Assembly: GCA_012517865.1 (NCBI GenBank)
Contig: JAAYUC010000044.1
Span: forward strand, 673-64,672
Source of the DNA: Chloroflexota bacterium
Lineage (GTDB): Bacteria; Chloroflexota; Anaerolineae; Anaerolineales; Anaerolineaceae
Direction of reading: 5' to 3'
Length of the DNA: 64,000 bases
Shown here: positions 28,422-37,692 of the stretch, piece after piece
How the letters are laid out: each line of letters begins with the position of its first letter
Position numbering within the stretch: position 1 is the first letter of the stretch
The notes under the pieces: generated by a model
Told to the model about the DNA's origin: nothing
Seen by the model: the letters and a program-made list of their open reading frames with translations, nothing else
Database searches by the model: none
Position numbers and translations under genes: made by a program

Positions 28422-29456
28422 ATGAGACTCAAACGACATCAGATCATCACCTTGATAATATTTGGAGCCCTGACGCTTACCATCCTGATGGCTGTCATCT
28501 CAGGGGCTTTGGTCAGCGCGGCGGCAAACTCCAGCGCTTTCCCTTACCGCATCGGTTTTAAGGACTTCGCCGCGACGCCAACGCCTTTCCAGCCCAACGC
28601 CTTCGCCAATATCCTCGAAGACGGAACCATTGAGCTGCTGCCCCAACCCATCTATACCCCTACGCCGGTGCCGGTTATTTCCCAGGATAAACTGCCTGAA
28701 AATCAGCTGAACATTCTGCTTCTGGGCTGCGACGATTTCTCCACGAACGGTTTCCGCACCGATGTCATCATGCTGCTCTCGCTTAATCCCAAGCATCACT
28801 CCATCAGCCTGATTTCGTTCCCGCGCGACCTGTACGTGACCATTCCAGGCTATTGGTCCAACCGCATCAACACTGCCTGGGGTTTGGGCGGCTTCGCGCT
28901 CCTGGCCGACACCTTCCAGGCTAATTTCGGCATCCACCCGGATTATTACATGATGGTCAATTACAACGGCTTTAAAGATGTGGTGAACAGCCTGGACGGC
29001 ATTGATGTGGAAGTGACCCAGGAACTGCAGGATTCCTGTAAATTGGACCCCAGCGGCTGGTGCATCATGGAACCCGGCATCGTCCATATGGACGGCGGCA
29101 CAGCCCTTTGGTATTCGCGCTCGCGCCTGACTACCAGCGATTTTGACCGCAACCGCCGCGCGCAGGATGTGGTCAAAGCCATCTTCCGCAAGGCAATGAA
29201 CCTGAATGTGGTCTTTAAGCTCCCTGAACTTTACGGAGCATACCGCGAATACGTGGATACCAACCTGCAGCTTGGAGACCTGCTGCCGTACGTGCCGCTG
29301 GCATCGGAAGTCATGAAGACCCAGAACATCAATCAATACGCGGTCGGCCCCGAAACGGTAACCAACTGGATTACGGCAGAAGGCGCGATGGTCTTGATTC
29401 CCAATTACTACGCGATTAATCCAATTATCGCGGAAGCGCTCTACCTGGATGACTGA
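28422..29456 (+). CDS. LytR-CpsA-Psr (LCP) family cell-envelope phosphotransferase
   Basis: An N-terminal TM anchor followed by LNILLLGCDDFSTNGFRTDVIMLLSLNP...SLISFPRDLYV...DFDRNRRAQDV. Confidence 0.85.
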   Translation: MRLKRHQIITLIIFGALTLTILMAVISGALVSAAANSSAFPYRIGFKDFAATPTPFQPNAFANILEDGTIELLPQPIYTPTPVPVISQDKLPENQLNILLLGCDDFSTNGFRTDVIMLLSLNPKHHSISLISFPRDLYVTIPGYWSNRINTAWGLGGFALLADTFQANFGIHPDYYMMVNYNGFKDVVNSLDGIDVEVTQELQDSCKLDPSGWCIMEPGIVHMDGGTALWYSRSRLTTSDFDRNRRAQDVVKAIFRKAMNLNVVFKLPELYGAYREYVDTNLQLGDLLPYVPLASEVMKTQNINQYAVGPETVTNWITAEGAMVLIPNYYAINPIIAEALYLDD

Positions 29457-29458
29457 GT

Positions 29459-29487
29459 TTGACAAGCGCGGAAAACCCGTATACACT
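29459..29487 (+). promoter_or_regulatory. Sigma-70-like promoter (TTGACA-17-TACACT) in front of the recombinase-like gene
   Basis: TTGACA at 29459-29464 and TACACT at 29482-29487, with a 17-nt spacer. The hexamer pair is the same as at 8915-8943. Confidence 0.5.
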
Positions 29488-29527
29488 ACTTAATGAAATT
29501 ATCTACGCGAAATAGATTGGAGCTGAC

Positions 29528-30463
29528 ATGAATCCGATTTCTGAAAACTTCAGCGCCCACCTGACGGAAAGCACCCTGATGCAGCCTGCCATCCAGGCCT
29601 GGAAGATTTACCTGCACGATCAGGGCCGGTCCAACCACACACTTAAAGCGTTCACCGCGGACCTTCAGCTTCTGGCAGGTTTTTTGCCTACCGATGCCCA
29701 GATTGGACAGGTTAGCACCAAAGACCTGGATAACTTCCTCACCTGGCTCCAGACCGACCGCAAAGTTCCCTGCAGTCCGAAAACCCTTTCGCGCCGCATC
29801 ACCGCGATTAAATCCTTTTTCCGGTGGCTTTCCCGCAACGGCATTATTCCGATGGACCCCGCGGAAAAGGTGGAGCAAAAGACGGTCATCAGCCCGCTGC
29901 CGGTGGTGCTGACCAGGAGCGAACAGGAGCGCGCCCTGGATGCGGCGGACGCGATGCGCACCTCCGCGGCGCGCGATTTGCGGCCTTACCTGCTGCTCAA
30001 GCTGGTGCTGGATACAGCCATGAAAAAAGGCGAATGCCTGAATCTGAAAACCAATCATGTCGAACTGGACGGCCCGGACGGCCCTTACATTTTCATCCGC
30101 TACTCCAGCCCGCGCTACCGCTATAAGGAACGCAAAGTCCCCGTGTCCGCGGAATGGACGCAGGCCTATCAGGAATATATCGCCGCCTACCAAATTCAGG
30201 ACGCGGTTTTTCCCTGGTCTCAGCGCCGCCTCGAATATCTTCTGGAGGATGTTGGCAAAGCTGCCCAGCTGGATAAACACCTTTCGTTCGACATGTGTCG
30301 ATGGACAAGCGCGCTAAACGACTTGACCTCCGGAATGGACGCGGATAAAATCCGCCAGAAATTAGGCATATCCAAGATTCAATGGCGCGAGGTTTCGCAA
30401 AAGCTGTGCAGCCTGGCAAAAGAGTACGGCTACGAGCTGAGTTCGCCGGAGAATGAAGGATAG
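29528..30463 (+). CDS. Tyrosine-recombinase (XerC/XerD)-like protein, apparently lacking the catalytic residues
   Basis: The N-terminal SAM-like core-binding domain is clear (IQAWKIYLHDQGRSNHTLKAFTADLQLLAGFL...TLSRRITAIKSFFRWL). The C-terminal domain aligns by eye to XerD, but most catalytic positions are replaced (see findings). Confidence 0.65.
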   Translation: MNPISENFSAHLTESTLMQPAIQAWKIYLHDQGRSNHTLKAFTADLQLLAGFLPTDAQIGQVSTKDLDNFLTWLQTDRKVPCSPKTLSRRITAIKSFFRWLSRNGIIPMDPAEKVEQKTVISPLPVVLTRSEQERALDAADAMRTSAARDLRPYLLLKLVLDTAMKKGECLNLKTNHVELDGPDGPYIFIRYSSPRYRYKERKVPVSAEWTQAYQEYIAAYQIQDAVFPWSQRRLEYLLEDVGKAAQLDKHLSFDMCRWTSALNDLTSGMDADKIRQKLGISKIQWREVSQKLCSLAKEYGYELSSPENEG

Positions 30464-30498
30464 CGCCGCGACCAATATCTAATAGAAAGAACAACGAT

Positions 30499-31458
30499 AT
30501 GCAAAAGCCACAACGGAAGTCATCGCTTCCTGCCGTTTTATTCCTGCTCGTAATCATCCTCGGGCTTGCCTGGGGCGCGGCGGTCAGCCTCAACCGCGTC
30601 CGGAATGGAGAGGGCAGCTTCCTCAGCAACCTCTGGGCCAAAAACGCGGAGGGAATTCAGGACCCTTACCTTTCCGGTTATTCTGAAGCCCTCCAGATTC
30701 CGCCCTATGTGAAGACAATCATGCTGCTCGGCTCGGATTACACCCCGCAAAGCGGGTACCGCACCGACGTCATGCTTTTGGCGGCTTTCAACCTGAAAAC
30801 CAATGAAATCCACCTCTTTTCACTCCCGCGCGACCTGTGGGTGGAGATTCCCGGATATTACCCGCAGCGTCTGAACGTCGCCCACGCCCTCGGCGGCTAC
30901 CAGCTGCTGGGGGACACCCTGGCCTACAATTTCGGGTTCCGTCCCGACCATTATGCCATCGCCGAGTTCTCCGCTTTTAAGTATGTGGTGGACCTGCTGG
31001 GTGGAATTAATGTTCAGGTGACCGAGCGCATGGAGGACCAATGCGACTTTACTCCTGAGCGTTGGTGCGTGGTTGAACCCGGCCCGCGCGAGATGGACAG
31101 CAATTTTGCCCTTTGGTATGTACGCGCCCGTCTAAACTCCTCGGATTTTGACCGCACCCGCCGCGCTCAGGAAGTAGCCCGCGCGATTGCGCAGAAAATT
31201 ACCAGCCCTGCCAATCTCGTCCGCCTGCCAACTTTCATCGAATCCGCGTTGGACGTCATTGAAACCGACATGACCATTGCAGATATGTGGCTGTACATGA
31301 TGCCGCTCAATAAATTCCTAAAACCCGAAATCGCTCAGGGGTACACGCTCAGCCCCAATGAAGCCGTCGGTTTCGTCACGGATGAAGGCGCGATGGTTTT
31401 GCAGCCTGATTACGGCGCCATCCACAATATCCTGAAAGAGGTTTTTTGGATTGAATAA
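30499..31458 (+). CDS. LCP family protein, paralog of 28422-29456
   Basis: A TM anchor followed by IMLLGSDYTPQSGYRTDVMLLAAFNL...LFSLPRDLWV...DFDRTRRAQEV. It is visibly colinear with the first LCP. Confidence 0.85.
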   Translation: MQKPQRKSSLPAVLFLLVIILGLAWGAAVSLNRVRNGEGSFLSNLWAKNAEGIQDPYLSGYSEALQIPPYVKTIMLLGSDYTPQSGYRTDVMLLAAFNLKTNEIHLFSLPRDLWVEIPGYYPQRLNVAHALGGYQLLGDTLAYNFGFRPDHYAIAEFSAFKYVVDLLGGINVQVTERMEDQCDFTPERWCVVEPGPREMDSNFALWYVRARLNSSDFDRTRRAQEVARAIAQKITSPANLVRLPTFIESALDVIETDMTIADMWLYMMPLNKFLKPEIAQGYTLSPNEAVGFVTDEGAMVLQPDYGAIHNILKEVFWIE

Positions 31459-31466
31459 AGCGGGCC

Positions 31467-32894
31467 TCAGGCTGGCTTTTTCAGGCTGAGGTGCAGGATT
31501 TCCTGTTCGTCCCCGGTTAAACGCCAGGCCTGCGCGATTCGCAGCCCGGCCACCCACAGCAAAGATCCCTCACAGAAGACCAAAGGCCAGAGAGCCCGGG
31601 CCGGCTGAGGGATTTTTTGATTCACAAAAAAATCGCTCAATTTCTGGGTCTTTCCTGGCATTCCCAAAGGCGACCAGCGTTCGCCTGGTCTGGCAGGCCG
31701 CACCTCCAGCGGCAGGCTCAGGTCAGCCGGGTTCAGCCAGGCATGTTCCGGGCTGCGGCGGTCCTGCGCGCTGATTTTCTTAAAAGCTTTAGCGCTGATA
31801 AGCTGCGCCCGCAGTTCCCAACCGTGGGCGAGAGGAAGAGCTTCATCAAGGTTCAGCGTCAAGCGTTCGCCGCTCGGCAGCTGCGGGTACTGCGGAAAAA
31901 CCGGCCGGCTGTCTTTGGGCGTCAGGGTGATAACTCCCTGGTGATACAAAATCTCCAGGTTGCCGCCGAAGTCAAAACGGATTTGGTTCTCCCGCAAATT
32001 GTCCAGCGCGCGTTCCAGAGCCTCCAGGCCCACGTCCCGCAGCTGCGGACGCAGAAGCAGCACAGCCTGCAGTAGAACCCGCCTTTGCAGACCTTCGGCC
32101 AGAGCGAAAAACGCCAGCGCGTCCAGGGTAACGCACCTATCTGACTGTTCCCGCAAACAGCCGCGTAGAGCCTGCCGTTCCAGGTCTGCCAGCAGTTCGG
32201 CATCCGCCTGCAGCACGCGCGCGCTGCGCGCAATCACCCGCCGGAAAGCCGGGTTGGCAGCTTCGAGAGCGGGGATAATCTGGTGGCGCATGCGGTTCCT
32301 GAAAAAACGCGCATCCGCGTTGCTTTCATCGACGATATAGGTAAGCTGGTGTTCCTGACAATACGCTTCGGTTTCCGCGCGGCTGACGCCCAACATGGGG
32401 CGGAATATCGGCAGGCTGGGATGAAATTCAGCTAAAACCGCACGCGCTTGAATTCCGCGCAGTCCATTAATTCCAGCCCCGCGGATGAAATGCATCACAA
32501 TGGTTTCCACCTGATCATCAGCGGTGTGCCCCACAACCACCGCCTGGGCTTTGATTTCCTGGGCCACCTGGAAAAGGAAGCGATACCGGCACTGCCTCGC
32601 GGCTTCTTCAAGCCCCAGTTTGTGTTCCCGCGCGAAAGCCAGGACGTCCACCCGCTGAGAAATGTAAGGCACCTGCCAGGAAGTCATCAGCATTCCGACC
32701 TCTTCCGCTTCAGCGGCGGAAGAAGGCCGCAGTCCATGGTCCAGATGCGCGGCCGTGAAACGCGCGCCGGCTTCCTTCAGGCAGTGCGCCAGACTGAGGC
32801 TGTCCGCGCCGCCGGATACACCCACTACCAGCGGCAGTTCAGGCTTCCAAAGGCAGTCGCGCAGGAGGGATGATAAAATTCTTTCTGAAATCAC
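31467..32894 (-). CDS. tilS: tRNA(Ile)-lysidine synthase
   Basis: PP-loop VVGVSGGADSLSL and a TilS C-terminal domain. I prefer the GTG at 32894 (VISERIL...) because TATAAT (plus-strand 32901-32906) sits 6 nt upstream. The ORF-track start at 32936 would place that box inside the gene. Confidence 0.85.
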   Translation of the reverse strand: MISERILSSLLRDCLWKPELPLVVGVSGGADSLSLAHCLKEAGARFTAAHLDHGLRPSSAAEAEEVGMLMTSWQVPYISQRVDVLAFAREHKLGLEEAARQCRYRFLFQVAQEIKAQAVVVGHTADDQVETIVMHFIRGAGINGLRGIQARAVLAEFHPSLPIFRPMLGVSRAETEAYCQEHQLTYIVDESNADARFFRNRMRHQIIPALEAANPAFRRVIARSARVLQADAELLADLERQALRGCLREQSDRCVTLDALAFFALAEGLQRRVLLQAVLLLRPQLRDVGLEALERALDNLRENQIRFDFGGNLEILYHQGVITLTPKDSRPVFPQYPQLPSGERLTLNLDEALPLAHGWELRAQLISAKAFKKISAQDRRSPEHAWLNPADLSLPLEVRPARPGERWSPLGMPGKTQKLSDFFVNQKIPQPARALWPLVFCEGSLLWVAGLRIAQAWRLTGDEQEILHLSLKKPA

Positions 32895-32975
32895 AACGAA
32901 ATTATAGCATCCCGTCTTGGGATGGAGCGGCTGCACCCGAATCTACTGTATACTTAAGCGGGAGGAGCGGAAGAC

Positions 32976-34040
32976 ATGCCCACATTGCTTGGAATTACCG
33001 GTAACGTTGCTTCTGGAAAAAGCGCAGTCCGCCAATATCTCGAAAACGAAGGCGCGCTGACTATTGACGCGGATCTGCTGGCGCAGTCCACCTATCTGCC
33101 GGGAATGCCGGCCTATGAGCCGATTCTGGAAACCTTTGGCCGAGATATCTGTTACTCCGACGGCCAGATTAACCGCTCCAGGCTCGGAAAAATTGTATTC
33201 AAAGATCCCGGAGCTCTGCGCGAACTCGAAGCCATCGTCCACCCGCTGGTAACCCAGGGCATTGAAGAAATCATTGCCCGGTCGAACGCGGACCTGGTTG
33301 TGGTAGAGGCTATTAAGCTCTTCGAAGCTGGGCTGCATGAACGCTGCGACGAGGTCTGGGCTGTGGTGGCTCAGGATGCGATTCGTCAGGAGCGTGATAT
33401 GAACACGCGCGGACTGACCGAAGCGGATGCCTGGCTGCGCGTAACCTCTCAGAGCCCGCAGGAAGAAAAAGCCCGCCGGTCGGATTATGTCATCAACACG
33501 GACGGCAGTTATCAAAGCACCTACGACCAGACGATGAACGGCGCGAAGAGGCTCATGTCCGCGGCTTCCGCGCAAATTATCTCCCGCGACGGAGAGGTTT
33601 TTCGGGCCCTCAGGCCGGAGGATTTTTCAGCCGCCAGGGCGCTGCTGAACCGTTTCTTCCCACAAACCTGGGAGGATGAAGACATTTACCGATCGCTCAG
33701 CCACCGCTCGGTGCTGGCTGGTTTTCGGGATGGCGAGCTAAGTTCGCTGACTTCCTGGAAGCTTGAATTCTTCCTGGGTCTGGTCCAAAGCGTCATCCCG
33801 TATACCCCCGCCTCAGAAGAAATCAAATCCGCGATTACTACACTTATCATTCGCGCCGGTTGGCATTTATGCAAAGGCTTGTATGTCCCTCACGACTTGC
33901 TCGCGCCTTCCTCCGCCAAACAGCTGGGTTTCCTGCCCGGGGAAACCGCCATTGTGGACGTGCATCCGCTTTCCACGGCGAATTTCCTGAGGAAAAACGG
34001 GCTGGTGCCTGGTGAGGTGTTTGTTCGGTCTAACCTTTAG
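32976..34040 (+). CDS. coaE: Dephospho-CoA kinase with a ~150-aa uncharacterised C-terminal extension
   Basis: N-terminus LLGITGNVASGKSAV (P-loop) followed by IDADLL. Typical CoaE is about 200 aa, whereas this ORF is 354 aa. GGGAGGAG lies upstream. Confidence 0.8.
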   Translation: MPTLLGITGNVASGKSAVRQYLENEGALTIDADLLAQSTYLPGMPAYEPILETFGRDICYSDGQINRSRLGKIVFKDPGALRELEAIVHPLVTQGIEEIIARSNADLVVVEAIKLFEAGLHERCDEVWAVVAQDAIRQERDMNTRGLTEADAWLRVTSQSPQEEKARRSDYVINTDGSYQSTYDQTMNGAKRLMSAASAQIISRDGEVFRALRPEDFSAARALLNRFFPQTWEDEDIYRSLSHRSVLAGFRDGELSSLTSWKLEFFLGLVQSVIPYTPASEEIKSAITTLIIRAGWHLCKGLYVPHDLLAPSSAKQLGFLPGETAIVDVHPLSTANFLRKNGLVPGEVFVRSNL

Positions 34041-34114
34041 GCTGGGGGCGATTAGCGCTGAGCCTGTTAACAGGTTATACTTAGGGTTCACCAGACCGTT
34101 AAAATGGTGTTCGC

Positions 34115-35002
34115 ATGCAGGAGCTGATTAGTAATTTCCTCTTCATTCTTGAGCGCTTTGACTGGATGAGCGTGATTGACATCGCCCTTGTGACGATCTT
34201 TTTTGCGATTCTGCTCTACATGCTGCGGGATACCGAAGCCCTGACCCTCCTGCGCGGGGTTTTTCTGGTGGTGATTCTGATTACTCTGGTAACGTCGCTG
34301 GTCAATCTGCCTGCGTTTTCGTGGCTGGTGAACACGATTGCCCCCGCCATGATTTTTGTCATTCCTGTCATCTTCGCGCCGGAAATCCGGCGCGCCCTGG
34401 AGCGGGTCGGCCGCATTTCGAATATGGATTTTCTCACCCGCCGTTCCAACCCGAAAAGCCGCGAAAGGACTGAGAGCGCCTTGCAGGAAATCACCAAGGC
34501 TGCTGTGCGCCTTTCTGAACGCCGCCACGGCGCGCTCATTGTCATCCGGCGCAACGATTTTCTGACCCAGTACTACAAGAACGGCGTCTACCTGGACGCG
34601 GATATCACCGCCGAGCTGCTGCTGCAAATCTTCTACCCCAATACGCCCCTGCATGACGGCGCTGTCATCGTGGAGGACAACCGCGTCAAGGCGGCTGCCT
34701 GTGTGATGCCCCTTTCCGCCAGCGGCGTGCTAAACAGCCTGCCTGAACGGTCCATGGGCTTGCGCCACCGCGCCGGCCTGGGCATCAGCGAGGTCAGCGA
34801 CGCTGTCGCCCTGGTTGTCTCCGAAGAAACCGGCAGTATTTCCATTGCTTACCAGGGTCGGTTTATCCGCCGGCTGGACGGCGAACGCCTGCTCAACACT
34901 TTGCGTGCTTTCCTGCTTCCGGAAGAACAGTCCACCAGGAAATCCGGGAAAACCAAAGAAAAGAAAACCGCTGACGAGAAACAGGGAGGGAGCGCAAAAT
35001 GA
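34115..35002 (+). CDS. cdaA: Diadenylate cyclase CdaA (three TM helices plus a DAC domain)
   Basis: HGALIVI, TPLHDGAVIV, LGLRHRAGLGISEVSDAVALVVSEETGSISIA. Confidence 0.9.
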   Translation: MQELISNFLFILERFDWMSVIDIALVTIFFAILLYMLRDTEALTLLRGVFLVVILITLVTSLVNLPAFSWLVNTIAPAMIFVIPVIFAPEIRRALERVGRISNMDFLTRRSNPKSRERTESALQEITKAAVRLSERRHGALIVIRRNDFLTQYYKNGVYLDADITAELLLQIFYPNTPLHDGAVIVEDNRVKAAACVMPLSASGVLNSLPERSMGLRHRAGLGISEVSDAVALVVSEETGSISIAYQGRFIRRLDGERLLNTLRAFLLPEEQSTRKSGKTKEKKTADEKQGGSAK

Positions 35003-36222
35003 AGACCCTTCGCTGGATTGTCAAATTCCTTCCGACGCTGTTTACTGCGCTGATTCTGGCTATCATCGTGTGGGTTTCCGCTGTTTCCAGCGCGGACCCA
35101 AACGAAGAGCGCGAATATTCGACTCCCATTCCCGTGACCGTGCTGGGCCTTGACCCGGACCTGGTCATCACCGGTCAGCTTGAGGACGAGATTAAGGTTA
35201 CCATCCGGGCTCCGCGTTCCATTCAGGAGCGTCTGGCCACCAACCCGAACGCCATCCACGCCTTTATCAACCTCTCCGGACTGAAAGCGGGTGAACACAC
35301 CCTCGAACCGCAAATCGCCATCGATTTCAGCCCAACCCGGGTGACAGCGTTTTCCCCGTCGGAAATAACCCTGAAGTTGGAAAATATCCTCAACAAAGAA
35401 GTGCCTGTCGAAATTCGCCAGACAGGCAGCCTGCCAATTGGCTACGAAGCCGGCGAGATGATTGTCTCTCATTCCACAGCTGTCGTCATCGGACCGGAGA
35501 GCCAGGTTGTGAAAGTTGACCGGGCAGTAGCGAGCATCGACCTGACCAACGCGATTACCAACATCTCCCGTCAGGTGGAATTGAAAGCGCTGGATTCGCG
35601 CGGGGTCATCGTCGGCGGCATCAACCTCACCCCCCCTCAGGTGAATGTCGAAATCCCAATCACGCAGCTGGGCGGCTACCGCAATGTCTTTGTAAAGATC
35701 GTCACGACCGGTCAGATTGCCCAGGGCTTCTACCTCACCGGCATCCTGGCAGACCCGCCTACCATTACCATTTACAGCACAGACCCCGAGCTGGCGGCAA
35801 ACATGCCTGCCTTCATCGAAACCATCCCGCTGAACTTGAATGGCGCGAATGAAAGTTTTGAAAAAGAGGTCAGCCTGAACCTTCCGGAAGGCATCGTCGT
35901 TGTGGGCGACCAACAGGTAAGAATTCAGGTGAGCATCGCGGCGATTCAGTCCTCCCTCCTCCTGACCGGCATCCCGGTCGAGGTGGTTAACCTTGGGCAG
36001 GGGCTCAAAGCCAAGTTATCTCCGGACCGGGTGGATATTTACGTTTCCGGCCCGCTCTACCTGCTTGACAAACTCAACGCGGCCGATATTATCGTCAGGC
36101 TGGACCTGGCGAATAAAACGCCCGGCACCTATCAGTTAATTCCGACGGTAACGCTGGCAGATGATGCCATCAACCTCGATTCCATATTGCCTGCTTCCAT
36201 CGAAGTGGTCATCAGCAGGTAG
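34999..36222 (+). CDS. cdaR: CdaA regulatory protein CdaR (YbbR-domain repeats)
   Basis: 4-nt ATGA overlap with cdaA. An N-terminal TM helix is followed by repeated ~85-aa beta-rich YbbR-like units. Confidence 0.8.
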   Translation: MKTLRWIVKFLPTLFTALILAIIVWVSAVSSADPNEEREYSTPIPVTVLGLDPDLVITGQLEDEIKVTIRAPRSIQERLATNPNAIHAFINLSGLKAGEHTLEPQIAIDFSPTRVTAFSPSEITLKLENILNKEVPVEIRQTGSLPIGYEAGEMIVSHSTAVVIGPESQVVKVDRAVASIDLTNAITNISRQVELKALDSRGVIVGGINLTPPQVNVEIPITQLGGYRNVFVKIVTTGQIAQGFYLTGILADPPTITIYSTDPELAANMPAFIETIPLNLNGANESFEKEVSLNLPEGIVVVGDQQVRIQVSIAAIQSSLLLTGIPVEVVNLGQGLKAKLSPDRVDIYVSGPLYLLDKLNAADIIVRLDLANKTPGTYQLIPTVTLADDAINLDSILPASIEVVISR

Positions 36223-36260
36223 CCGCGGATGTAAGAAAACCCTGGAAAGAAAAACAAGAC

Positions 36261-37640
36261 ATGAAGAAACCCGTAGTTGTTTTGGTCGGAAGACCAAATG
36301 TTGGTAAAAGCACCTTATTTAATCGCCTGGTCGGCGAACGGCTCGCGATTATTGACGACGTGCCCGGCACCACGCGCGACCGTCTGGTCGCGGAAGGCGA
36401 GTGGGCCGGCCGTGAGTTTTTCGTTGTGGATACCGGCGGTATCGACCCCACCCGGCAGCGCAGTCAGGAACCGCTCTCCGTTGGTTCCGCCGCTTTTATC
36501 GCGGATATTCGCGCGCAGGCCGAAATCGCGATGGAAGAAGCCGATGTCATTTTGCTCCTGACGGATGCCCAGCAAGGGGTGACCGAAGCTGACCGCGAGA
36601 TTGTGCAGTTACTGCGCCGGCGCCAATCCATTGTGGAAGGGCAAAATCATCCCCCGATTATTCTGGCGGTCAACAAAGCCGACAGCGATGCTTACCGCGC
36701 CAACGCGTTGGACTTTTATTCGCTGGGGTTGGGAGAACCTTTTCCTATCTCCGCCATTCACGGAACCGGCACCGGCGATTTGTTGGACGAAGTGGTCTCA
36801 AACTTCCCAACGCAAGAAGAGCCTGAAGAAGAAGACACCAGCATCAAGGTTGCGATTGTCGGCAAGCCCAACGCTGGAAAATCCAGCTTGCTGAACAAAC
36901 TGGCCGGCGAGAACCGTTCCATTGTTAGCCCGATTCCCGGCACAACGCGCGACGCGATAGACACCCGCATCACCTGGGAAGGGCTGCCAATCACCCTGAT
37001 TGACACGGCGGGCATCCGCAAACGCGGCTCCATTGAACCCGGGGTGGAAAAATACTCCGTGTTGCGCGCCATGCAGGCCATTGAACGCTGCGACGTTGCC
37101 CTGTTGGTAGTGGACGCGGTAACCGGCGTTACCGCCCAGGATACCCACATCGCTGGTTATATTAACCAGGCCTGGAAATCAGTAATTTTGGTCATTAATA
37201 AATGGGACCTGATTGAAAAAGACACCCACACCATGGTCGAATTTGAAAAAAACATTCGGCAGGCGCTCAACTTCTTGCCGTACGTACCGGTTATATTCAT
37301 TTCTGCCGCCACCGGCCAGCGCGTGAATCAAATCCTGCCGATGGTCGCCCGCGTGCAGGAAGAACGTCTGGTGCGTCTGACGACCTCGCAGCTTAACCGC
37401 ATCCTGCAGAACGCACAGGACCTGCACCAGCCCTCCTCGGGTTCCGGTCGGATGTTCCGAATTTATTACGGGACGCAGGTGCGTTCAGAGCCGCCCACAT
37501 TCCTGCTGTACTGCAACGACCCGACGCTTGGGCATTTTACTTACCTGCGCTATCTCGAAAACCAGATACGCAAGGAATACCCATTCATTGGCACACCAAT
37601 CCGGTTGGTTCTCAAGGCGCGCGAACGCGGCGAAGACTGA
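36261..37640 (+). CDS. der: Ribosome-biogenesis GTPase Der (EngA), with two GTPase domains plus KH
   Basis: GRPNVGKSTLFN and GKPNAGKSSLLN P-loops. DTGG and DTAG motifs are present. Confidence 0.95.
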   Translation: MKKPVVVLVGRPNVGKSTLFNRLVGERLAIIDDVPGTTRDRLVAEGEWAGREFFVVDTGGIDPTRQRSQEPLSVGSAAFIADIRAQAEIAMEEADVILLLTDAQQGVTEADREIVQLLRRRQSIVEGQNHPPIILAVNKADSDAYRANALDFYSLGLGEPFPISAIHGTGTGDLLDEVVSNFPTQEEPEEEDTSIKVAIVGKPNAGKSSLLNKLAGENRSIVSPIPGTTRDAIDTRITWEGLPITLIDTAGIRKRGSIEPGVEKYSVLRAMQAIERCDVALLVVDAVTGVTAQDTHIAGYINQAWKSVILVINKWDLIEKDTHTMVEFEKNIRQALNFLPYVPVIFISAATGQRVNQILPMVARVQEERLVRLTTSQLNRILQNAQDLHQPSSGSGRMFRIYYGTQVRSEPPTFLLYCNDPTLGHFTYLRYLENQIRKEYPFIGTPIRLVLKARERGED

Positions 37641-37692
37641 ACGTCCGCGAAAGTTGTATAATAGGGTAAGTTTTATTACTGGAAAGCAAACT

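Noticed and set aside
29528-30463. Integrase as a marker of a prophage or integrative element.
   Set aside because: No phage, transposase or conjugation genes are nearby. I could see no flanking direct repeats or tRNA target. The neighbours are chromosomal LCP paralogs, and the catalytic residues appear to be lost.
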